In this document: one piece after another, positions 1 through 10,024 of the stretch
Numbering within the stretch: position 1 is the stretch's first letter
How the letters are laid out: each line of letters starts with the position of its first letter
NCBI GenBank assembly: GCA_965235115.1
Contig: OZ249442.1
Coordinates: forward strand, 27,466,001-27,530,000
Direction: 5' to 3'
DNA length: 64,000 nucleotides
Origin: Laetmonice hystrix
Taxonomy: Eukaryota
Position numbers and translations under genes: made by a program
The notes under the pieces: model-generated
Databases searched by the model: none
What the model saw: only the letters and a program-made list of their open reading frames with translations
What the model was told of the DNA's origin: nothing

Positions 1-1546
1 GGACCAGATTCTCACAGACACTGATCGAATTGTTTACAATGTCACTTGGGGGTGCCACTTGTGTAATGTCGATCCGAGCCTAACTGCGTGCCCTCTACGG
101 GAAGGTAGACTCTCCGCCAACATCAAGGCTAAAGATCGCCAGGTAGCTCTTCCAGTTGCTGCTTCCTATATTACATACCTTCAAATCTAATTTTCCGTTC
201 CGATTTCCATTCCGTTAGCCAGAAGGAGTTCTAAATGTTGCAATGTATGATGTATGTCGTGTCCTATAGAATATGTAGGCTTACCGCTACCACATTTGTA
301 TATTTCAGGAGATGCGCGTCGTCCTGACTCAGCTCACCTTCAATTCCAAGTACTGGCTTCAGGTGAACTTAAGAGGGCAGGTCTACAGTTCGGTCTTCTT
401 CACTCCAGCCTGCCGCCAGGTGGACGCAACCTTCATGAGATGTGCCGGACCGGTGGAAACTCTGCCACCCAGGGTGAAGACCACTACCTTATGGGCAACG
501 CCTTCTAGCGGGACTTTAACATCTCTAATCACGACACCCATGTCAACGACCGATTCCGATCGTAGACCGAGTCTGTCTACAGAAAGGAAAGAACTTCCCA
601 AGGACATCAGGCCAAAACTTCACCAAGGAGGTACGTCAAGGGCATGTACATAACTTCAACTGAAAATTGTCATTGCTTGGATAGGGCACTTGTAGTAAAG
701 TCGGCCACAATGTCACAGTGTGTTAATTTCATTATGTTACAGGAGATAAATCCTGGTTGTCTGCTAACTGGCTGGTCCTACTGGTAGCGACGGCTGCCAG
801 TCTGACGACCATGGTTATCTTCACAGCCGGCCTCTATCTCTGCGGACATTTAACTCGACCCAAGGGTAAGTGACCGTTCAGTTTATATTCTCAACAGATT
901 CTATTATGTGCGAGAAGGAGTGAAACATGAGAAATATTTCTGAAATGAACCTTTTCCCTCTTATTAAAGTATTTGTCGTCTTTCCTCCACAGGATACTCG
1001 AGTGCTGGTCAGGCTAACATGACTTTCGCCAGCCTTCCGCCGTCATACAGTTCCCAAGCCAACCTTCACCAACTCCAGCACCTCCAGTTGTCTCAACGAC
1101 TCCTGGCCTACACCCCTGTACCACCCGCCTACGTCAGCGGCCCTGGCCACGCCCCCAGGCCCATGGTCATCGCCCCGCCCTACCACGGTCTGCCGCCATT
1201 GACTTGTCATCTTCAGGACATGGAGAATGACGTACAGCCCCGGCTTTCCTCCTGCCCAGACTCCCCCAAGGTACCAGTGCCTCATCAGCCCATCCCACAG
1301 ATCTCCATAGACCTGTGCTCCGACGAATCTGACGATGAGTTTCATCTGACACGAACCAGCACCCCGACAGCCACCGTCCTGCGGGTGACAGACAACCCCC
1401 TCTACCGACTTGAGCACAGTGCCCTCACAGTGCCACACCCGAGTCCAGTCCTCACGAGGAGCAGGTCGACTCAGGGCCTAGACCAGTGCTTCATCCGTGA
1501 CGACAGTGTGTCCAGTCATGAGCGTTCCCACCACAGCGACCTCTAG
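1..1546 (+). CDS. Gene A copy 0, 3' part only (FN3-like exon <1-142, exon 309-630, TM exon 743-865, tail exon 993-1546)
   Basis: GT/AG boundaries give one continuous frame: ...WDQILTDTDRIVYNVTWG...KDRQ | EMRVVLTQLTF...LHQG | GDKSWLSANWLVLLVATAASLTTMVIFTAGLYLCGHLTRPK | GYSSAGQANMTF...HSDL*. The 5' exons are outside the window. Matches the 3' half of copy 3, so it may carry the same upstream lesions. Confidence 0.88.
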
Positions 1547-2874
1547 CGTGTACCACAACGGTCTGCCGCTACAGATTGGGGCGCTAGTGGGGGTAGGGGT
1601 GCGCTGCCAGATGAGCGAAAACGTGCAATTGGTGCTATTTTATGATGCCAAATGTCAAAAATAAAATATTCAATTCGATTGTGTGTTCTGCCATTCTACG
1701 CTTAATTGATAGAACTTCAAAAGGTCTCTACCTTCTATGCGCCTTTTTATATTTCTTCTCTGCTCCCATGTCCTCAATAGTCGAATATCTAGGATTCACA
1801 TCTCAAAATGCCAGGCCTGTAATAAAAATTGACCCCGTTAAAACTCTATCCTGCAATCTTCTCATCTGAAGCCAGACGACGTGTTCATGAGGCCACGTAT
1901 AGTCTCAATCACTTCTATCGACGCCTATGCGTTAGGCCTATTAAAATAATAGGCCTGTTATCCCCAACCCGTTCCGTACTCTCGCCCACAGATCCCGTAG
2001 CATTTGAACGTCATTGGAGTTAGGAAGCTGATGTCTTGTCGTACACGTCACTGTTGTCCATATTTGTAATGAATTATTCGCTGTTTCTTTTCTTTCAAGA
2101 CATCACGTGTTTGAAATAGAATCATTAACAGTGCCGCGGCCGTCATTGTTGGCTTTACATTGCGATACACATAACTGTTTACCTCTACAAAGAGTCTTAT
2201 ATTTTGAAACTGTCTCTCATTATTTCTTCTTCAAGGTGGTAGCGTTCCCTCAACAACTATGGAGTTATACATGATGGAGAACGTGTTAAATTAAAAGTGT
2301 AGAATCGGATTGTACTTCCTAAATAGGACCAGACCAAAAGCAGTGCTTTGAATATAAGGCACCGCATGAGACCAAAGTTTTCACACCTTTTCACAAACGT
2401 TAACTACCTGCTGTTGTCTGTTCTTATGGCAACACCTGGGATAAATAATGTACATAAGGTCATAGGTCCACAGTAGCTCTTCAGCACTTGAATTGCACCT
2501 CAGACTGCCGAACAAGCTTCATAATCCAATATAGTTGGAAGAGGAACTCCGATTACATTCACAGAAAAGGTAAGACCCATTCTCACGTTTATGCCTATGT
2601 AGAGAAGAGAAATATATATATTCGTCAGGGGGAGAATAACTAACAGCTCTATCCTAAGAGCCTGTGCTCTGATAAAAAGGTTAAAGGAATTGGAAATTTA
2701 AGATAATGACATGTAAGCTTGGCCGAGAATCATATTTAGGGGCCGTATCAAATCTCAAGTATGTTTGGTCATATATACAGCATTAGGAGAGAAGGGGAAC
2801 GTTATTCGATATGTAACATTGCATTTATCTCCATTTCCAGAACGTTATCCCACTGGACAAGGTTATTAGACAAC

Positions 2875-3711
2875 ATGAATACCCTTAGAGTTTTCACACT
2901 CGTCATTATCGTTGCCTTCTTTGGTGAGTCGGTGAACTTTTTAATATATGTGATTATTGTATCTCAGTATCACTCTTTCAAATATTTCGGGGAAAGTTCT
3001 TAAGTTTGTATGCGTATCTGCTCAATTTCGCCTGTTTTGACACCTGAACAGCTTATTACTTTTACATTACGTTTTAGATTTTTCCAGATATTCAATGCCC
3101 GATGTCCTCTTCAAAGATATGGTTTAATTGTTTAAAAATACCCCATTTCTGATGTCCTGAATATCCTTTAATAGGTCAAGGTGAAAATGCCACCACATCC
3201 GGCCCAACAACGGCAGTGGTTTCCAGCACAGATCCATTGACAATGGTCACAGATTCGTCCTCTGTGACAAACGACACAGTAACGGCGATTACTGGAACGG
3301 TTGAGGCCACCACCACGGCGGAAGGAAACGCAACAGACGCCACAACAGAGGTCAGTATGATTTCTTACACATTATGATAAAATAGAGGGGAAAATATTCC
3401 CATGGAAACTTCCATGGATATACTCGTATTTCTTCCTGCCTTTAGGTGGCAAAGGTTATCTTTAGAAGTTTAAGTGCAATTTATGTCAGTCCATTTTACA
3501 CGCAATCATACGAAAGATAATTCATTTGTAAAGATTTATCGAGAAAAACACATATTTTCGGTCACGACTGCTTGTTTAAAGATTATTTTCCATTCCTTTG
3601 CATTACTGACAGACACCGGATTCGTCTCAGAACAGCGCCCACGTTCTTTCCAGCTCTGTGGTCATGGCCACATCGGCCATTGCCACATACAGCGCCCTCT
3701 TACGAATTTAA
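2875..3711 (+). CDS. Gene B copy 1: 107-aa Ser/Thr-rich glycoprotein with signal peptide and putative GPI signal (exons 2875-2923, 3175-3350, 3613-3711)
   Basis: ATG...TTTG|gtgagt (phase 1), taatag|GTCAAGGT...ACAGAG|gtcagt (phase 0), tgacag|ACACCG...TAA. Product MNTLRVFTLVIIVAFFGQGENATTSGPTTAVVSSTDPLTMVTDSSSVTNDTVTAITGTVEATTTAEGNATDATTETPDSSQNSAHVLSSSVVMATSAIATYSALLRI*. Three N-x-T sequons and hydrophobic N and C termini. Confidence 0.85.
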
Positions 3712-4209
3712 CCGTGACGTCACGACCATTCCTCATGTGATCGCGCTGAACCAATCGTCAGCAAGCTAGAGACTCAAGTTACGCTTTCTCCAGTATACAT
3801 ATTTTACGCAATATCTCCACGTGGTCAAGTGAACAAATTGATAAAAGTTTGGTGCTTAAATTGTTTAAATATTCTTATAGAAAAAAAACCAATGTATGTG
3901 TAGGTGCTAAAAGGGCAACTGAATACTACATTGACGTCCGGAGCATAACACTGGAGAAAAGCACTATTGTATGTAAAACTCGGTATTGTAAATAAAATGA
4001 AAGGTTTTTAAAAGCGAATTCATGTTTCTATTGCATAATTTCTTGTTGAACACGCACAAATAAACTTTATGTACAGCTGCCCACATTCTATCTGTCTACT
4101 AGCTGCCACTTTGGGATATTACCAAAAGTTTTTTGAGTATCTCTCCAAAAAAAAGTCCCATAGAAAATAGATGATCTTGACATACTTTCAAAAGCCCGTC
4201 TATAAAAAT

Positions 4210-4282
4210 TGACCACGATGGGACTCGAACCCACAATCTTCTGATTCGAAGTCAGACGCCTTATCCATTAGGCCACGCGGCC
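4210..4282 (-). tRNA. tRNA-Arg(UCG)
   Basis: Reverse complement GGCCGCGTGGCCTAATGGATAAGGCGTCTGACTTCGAATCAGAAGATTGTGGGTTCGAGTCCCATCGTGGTCA folds as a cloverleaf. Anticodon loop CT-TCG-AA, A and B boxes present, TTTTT Pol III terminator just downstream. Confidence 0.96.
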
Positions 4283-4519
4283 ACCCATATACAGCTTTTT
4301 CCAAATTTGGTAACACTGAGAGAAAACTCGACTAATACACGTTTAGAGTGCACGGTGAGTGTACATGTCAGTGTGAATTTCCTGTTGACACAACCCCATG
4401 GGTGATAAGTGTAATTATTCACGATCCATACCATATGGTCCCTCTTTCTGCAAAATCAAAATTTGAAGTGACAGCTAGTAGAAGTCGGGTCAAAGCGTTC
4501 TCTGTGTCTCTCCCTAGAG

Positions 4520-4840
4520 AGGGAGGGAGGGAGGGAGGGAGTGGGCGGGGTGAGACTGTTGTGGGCGGGCCCCAGCTCAAAGAGAGGGCGGGTGACAGGT
4601 AACCGTGGCCGGCTCAAATGGTCAACAGACAGGGTCATTCGGCCCACCTCGGGACTGTCCGGGCGGCACAAGTCAGTAGGCTGCCGAATAGTCTGGTGAA
4701 AGGACTTCCGTTTTCGTAACGCTATGGTGTAGGAGTGATACGGTCGTGGGGGATTCTATATTTATATTCTTACCCGTGACGTCACGGCAGTTCACTCACT
4801 TGAGCCGTCCAGACCACAACTAGCGAAGCGACCGGAAGTT
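4520..4840. promoter_or_regulatory. CpG-rich promoter-like region (unit 1; repeated in all units except unit 5) with GGGCGG boxes, a CRE palindrome and ETS sites
   Basis: Several GGGCGG boxes, 14-bp palindrome CCGTGACGTCACGG at 4774-4787, ACCGGAAGT at 4831-4839 and an ACTTCCG near 4704. Confidence 0.55.
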
Positions 4841-4866
4841 GGGCCGAGGTTTTCCGAATGCAGACA

Positions 4867-5285
4867 AGGTGTGACCGTAGTTGGTGGTGACCGGCTCGAA
4901 AGGGAAACGGGAAAGGTGTGACCTAGTTAGACTAGTCAACCCCTAGTCAGTTCTCTGCCGACTAGGGTTCGACGGGTTTAACATTTTAAATAAAGATGAC
5001 CGAATAGTGGAAAGTGTGCACGACTCTTTCAGGCTAACTTTCCAAAAACTGTTTGTTATAGCGGGCTACTATTCGGACATAGTTAATTGTTTAAAAGGTG
5101 AAACTGTTAAAAAAAAAACTCTACCCTGACGAAGCTGAAAAACAAAAAGAAGAAACCGCCCGTCCACGGGTTTAACGGTTTTACAGTGGTTGGTGGCGGT
5201 TGGCTCAAAGGGGCAGAGTGCGAGGTGTGACCGTTACGGGAAGGCAGGCGGGTCACTCCTCGCCGGGACTGCCCTATTCACACCT
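4867..5285. promoter_or_regulatory. Cluster of four perfect T-box half-sites upstream of gene A (present in each unit)
   Basis: AGGTGTGA at 4867-4874, 4914-4921 and 5223-5230; TCACACCT at 5278-5285. Confidence 0.55.
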
Positions 5286-5417
5286 ATAGCTCCCGGCCTA
5301 GGGTGGCGGCTATGATCTCGACTCGTGAAATTCCTCTAAGGCCGCATTTTTTCACACATCCACTTACAAAGAACATGTCAAAGCCTTTGAAGGGGCAGCC
5401 TCCACCGAGTGGGATGC

Positions 5418-5547
5418 TATATAAGTCAGTTCCCTGGACACAGAAATCAGAACCTTGTCGACCGTCACAGACGTCGGACATCATATCACGGATTGCATTG
5501 GACTGCTGTTAACACGGGACATACGACCAGTTTGGAAGCTTCACTAG
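5418..5547 (+). promoter_or_regulatory. Gene A TATA box (5418-5424) and probable non-coding first exon ending at 5547
   Basis: TATATAAG with an Inr-like TCAGA about 30 bp downstream, donor CTAG|gtatga, and next acceptor tttcag|ACTCG at 5680 preceding CACC-ATG at 5709. Confidence 0.6.
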
Positions 5548-5708
5548 GTATGATTCAGCTTATAATCAGCACTGCAGGGAGCGTCAAGATCTGTTTAGGT
5601 TACGACAACAATATAAAGTTATCCTTGACCATACAGTTTTTCATTGCTCTTATATTTTTTGACAATGCCATTTCTGTTTCAGACTCGAATTCAGGGGCTA
5701 CCTTCACC

Positions 5709-8700
5709 ATGAGGCTACAGGCCGTTCTCCTCCTGCTGATTACCGCCTGGCTACCGTCGACCTCAACCCTGGAGGGAGGTCTCTCCATCGAGCTGACCTC
5801 TTCACTCCAGGTGGACAGTCCGGCCCACCAATCGACTGGAGAGGGAACAGTCGGTCTAGAGATGATCGCCTCCTGTCGGGCCTCCTGTGGCGTCACAGTA
5901 AGCATTCTCCATTCATTGTACCAATAATTTTATTATGAAAATTAGGAAAACAATTTACAACAACTGTGTTTTAGATTAGAGCATTCCGTTAACAACAACC
6001 CGAATTTCACCTCAAAGACTATAAATCTGTTTTTTTTTTCTAGTTTCTTCTGTGGCCGCTAGGTGACGGGCAGTGCCTGAAGGAACCTCAATGTGTAACG
6101 GTCAGTATAAATTATATGCGTCACGATTTTGGCCACGATTCAGATACAGGCCGTAACAGCTATTTTTAGGGGTTTAAGCTTTTTTTATCCGTTCTCCAAG
6201 CCATTCATTCACTGTCTCTATCCCTTTCAGTGTTGGCGATTATGCGACCTTCTGTACACGGAAGAGCTCAAATGGAGAATGTCTTGTGACCAGGACGATT
6301 GTGTAAGTCATATTATATTTTATAACGTAAAAAACGACAGCGTGTAAATTGACCTGGAATAGGTATTCTGACTTGTACTTAAGAAATGATTCATATTCAA
6401 CATATTTTCATTCAGCTCGACGGATGTCAGACTGCCTGCAGTTTTGATTTCTCGCAGAGTCCCGATAAGCACACCTCTGTCTTTCAGTGTAGATCCTTAG
6501 GTATGCCATTTCGATTATAGTTTTTCTGTTAAGTAATTTCCGGATAAATAGTTATTTGATTATTTCCCTGGTTGTAACCTCTCCCAGTGTTGGCGACTGG
6601 CAGTTCCTTGTCGACCCCATACTGACCATTGTGGACGCCAACAAGTTACACGTCACGTTGTCTCCACCCGAATACCGCCCCGACCAGTCCCTGATTCCGA
6701 TCACCAGGTGGCAGGCCTATCGTTTACACTCTGCTGTTCAAGGATATCACGAACCCCCACTGGCGAAGGGTCACTTCGGTTAGTATGCAATGGCGTTTGT
6801 TAATCCAAATCGAAACTGTGTCGGCGAAATTTTATATAAAAGTTATTCTTGATTATCTTTTTAGAATCTAGGATGACATTTTGTATTTGCTGATTTCTAC
6901 TTTTAGACTAAGAACTTGAGAGCGATCGTGGAGGGACCACACGCAAGTCTTCCAGGCCTTCGGTTCCAGCTGCTCGCATCCTCAGAAGAAGGAACAGTTG
7001 CATATGTCTTCATTGGCTACAATCCTACCACCACACTACTACCACTGGGCCACACTACCTATACCTCTGCTACATTCAAGACATCTACAGAAACCCCGGC
7101 CTCAACAGTGAAGCATTCGATCACAATTTGGGTGTAAAATTGATGGCCTTATGTCATAGCTCATGAGCCAAGCAGACTATATTGTTGGGGTGCTTTACAA
7201 TAGATATTTCTCCATCCTACAGGGCCACACTGCAGCGATGACGTCACCAAAGGTATCAGTTGCCGTCACCGAGGATGGAAGCATTGAAGCCACCATAACG
7301 TGGGACCAGATTCTCACAGACACTGATCGAATTGTTTACAATGTCACTTGGGGGCGCCACTCGTGTAATGTCGATCCGAGCCTAACTGCGTGCCCTCTAC
7401 GGGAAGGTAGACTCTCCGCCAACATCAAGGCTAAAGATCGCCAGGTAGCTCTTCCAGTTGCTACTTCCTCTACTACATACCTTCAAATCTAATTTTCCGT
7501 TCCGATTTCCATTCCGTTAGCCAGAATGTTGCAACGTATGATGTATGTCGTGTCCTATAGAATATGTAGGCTTACCGCTACCACATTTGTATATTTCAGG
7601 AGATGCGCGTCGTCCTGACTCAGCTCACCTTCAATTCCAAGTACTGGCTTCAGGTGAACTTAAGAGGGCAGGTCTACAGTTCGGTCTTCTTCACTCCAGC
7701 CTGCCGCCAGGTGGACGCAACCTTCATGAGATGTGCCGGACCGGTGGAAACTCTGCCACCCAGGGTGAAGACTACTACCTTATGGGCAACGCCTTCTAGC
7801 GGGACTTTAACATCTCTACTCACGACACCCATGTCAACGACCGATTCCGATCGTAGACCGAGTCTGTCTACAGAAAGGAAAGAACTTCCCAAGGACATCA
7901 GGCCAAAACTTCACCAAGGGGGTACGTCAAGGGCATGTACATAACTTCAACTGAAAATTGTCATTGCTTGGATAGGGCACTTGTAGTAAAGTCGGTCACA
8001 ATGTCACAGTGTGTTAATTTCATTATGTTACAGGAGATAAATCCTGGTTGTCTGCTAACTGGCTGGTCCTACTGGTAGCGACGGCTGCCAGTCTGACGAC
8101 CATGGTTATCTTCACAGCCGGCCTCTATCTCTGCGGACGTTTAACTCGACTCAAGGGTAAGTGACCATTCACTTTAGGCTGGTCAGGCTAACATGACTTT
8201 CGCCAGCCTTCCGCCGTCATACAGTTCCCAAGCCAACCTTCACCAACTCCAGCACCTCCAGTTGTCTCAACGACTCCTGGCCTACACCCCTGTACCACCC
8301 GCCTACGTCAGCTGCCCTGGCCACGCCCCCAGGCCCATGGTCATCGCCCCGCCCTACCACGGTCTGCCGTCATTGACTTGTCACCTTCAGGACATGGAGG
8401 ATGACGTACAGCCCCGGCTTTCCTCCTGCCCAGACTCCCCCAAGGTACCAGTGCCTCATCAACCCATCCCACAGATCTCCATAGACTTGTGCTCCGACGA
8501 ATCTGACGATGAGTTTCATCTGACACGAACCAGCACCCCGACAGCCACCGTCCTGCGGGTGACAGACAACCCCCTCTACCGACTTGAGCACAGTGCCCTC
8601 ACAGTGCCACACCCGAGTCCAGTCCTCACGAGGAGTAGGTCGACCCAGGGCCTAGACCAGTGCTTCATCCGTGACGACAGTGTCTCCAGTCATGAGCGTT

Positions 8701-8720
8701 TCCACCACAGCGACCTCTAG
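5709..8720 (+). pseudogene. Gene A copy 1, disabled
   Basis: Relative to intact copies: donor GT>AT at 6465, acceptor AG>AA at 6576-6577, +T frameshift at 6692, weakened donor after the next exon, and loss of the tail-exon acceptor (net -117 bp near 8172). Confidence 0.8.
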
Positions 8721-10024
8721 CGTGTCGCGTGCCTGTAACGGTCTGCCGCTACAGATTGGGGAGCTAGTGGGGGGGGGGGGTGCGCTGCCACATGAGCGAA
8801 ATTGTGTAATATGGTGCATGCCTGGTATTTTATGATGTCAAATGTCAAAATTAAAATATTCAATTCGATTGTGTGTTCTGCCATTCTACGCTTAACTGAT
8901 AGAACTTCAAAAGGTCTCGACCTTCTATGCGCCTTTTTATATTTCTTCTCTGCTCCCATGTCCTCAATAGTCGAATATCTAGGATTCACATCTCAAAATG
9001 CCAGGCCTGTAATAAGAATTGACCCCGTTGAAACTCTATCCCACAATCTTCTTATCCGAAGTCAGACGCCGTATTCATGAGGCCCCGTATAGTCCGTTAT
9101 CCCCGTTATCCCCAACCCGTTTCGTACTGTCGCCCACAGATCCCGTAGCATTTGAACGTCATTGGAGTTAGGAAGCTGATGTCTTGTCGTACACGTCACT
9201 GTTGTCCATATTTGTAATGATTTATTTACTGTTTCTTTTGTTTCAAGACATCACGTGTTTGAAATAGAATCATTAACAGTGCCGCGGCCGTCATTGTTGG
9301 CTTTACATTGCGATACACAAAACTGTTTACCTCTACAAAGAGTCTTATATTTTGAAACTGTCTCTCATTATTTCTTCTTCAAGGTGGTAGCGTTCCCTCA
9401 ACAACTATGGAGTTATACATGATGGAGAACGTGTTAAATAAAAAGTTTAGAATCGGATTGTACTTCCTAAATAGGACCATTCCAAAAGCAGAGCTTTGAA
9501 TATAAGGCACCGCATGAGACCAAAGTTTTCACACCTTTCCACAGACGTTAACTACCTGCTGTTGTAGGCCTGCTGTTGTCTGTTCTTATGGCAACACCTG
9601 GGATACATAATGTACATAAGGTCATAGGTCCACAGTAACTGCTCAGCACTTGAATTGCACCTCAGACTGCCGAACAAGCTTCATAATCCAATATAGTTGG
9701 AAGAGGAACTCCGATTACATTCACAGAAAAGGTAAGACCCATTCTCACGTTTATGCCTATGTAGAGAAGAGAAATATATATATTATTCAGGGGGAGAATA
9801 ACTAACAGCTCTATCCTAAGAGCTTGTGCTCTATGGATAAAAAGGTTAAAGGAATTGAAAATGTATGCTTGGCCGAGAATCATATTTAGGGCCCGTATCA
9901 AATCTTAAGTATGTTTGGTCATATAAACAGAATTAGGAGAGAAGGGGAACGTTATTCGATATGTAACATTGTATTTATCTCCATTTCCAGAACGTTATCC
10001 CACTGGACAAGGTTATTAGACAAC

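Noticed and set aside
254-508. ORF MSCPIEYVGL... and its copies
   Set aside because: Starts in an intron and overlaps a real exon in a different frame; it is disrupted in units 5-8.
1043-1438. Minus-strand ORFs overlapping the gene A tail exon
   Set aside because: Antisense shadows with variable length between units and no splice or domain support.
1935-1957. Perfect 10-bp inverted repeat AGGCCTATTA-aaa-TAATAGGCCT, and CCATGGAA-ac-TTCCATGG near 3400
   Set aside because: Short; the first is absent in five units and the second is mutated in three, so there is no sign of constraint.
4210-4282. tRNA-derived SINE head
   Set aside because: Full cloverleaf followed at once by a T5 terminator, with no SINE body, tail or target-site duplication.
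4500-5300. snRNA, 5S, 7SL or telomerase RNA gene in the GC-rich spacer
   Set aside because: No recognisable U1/U2/U4/U5/U6, 5S or 7SL start sequence and no CTAACCCT template.
5409-5927. 172-aa ORF MGCYISQF... as a complete gene
   Set aside because: Only 5709-5897 is a coding exon; the rest is promoter, UTR or intron read-through.
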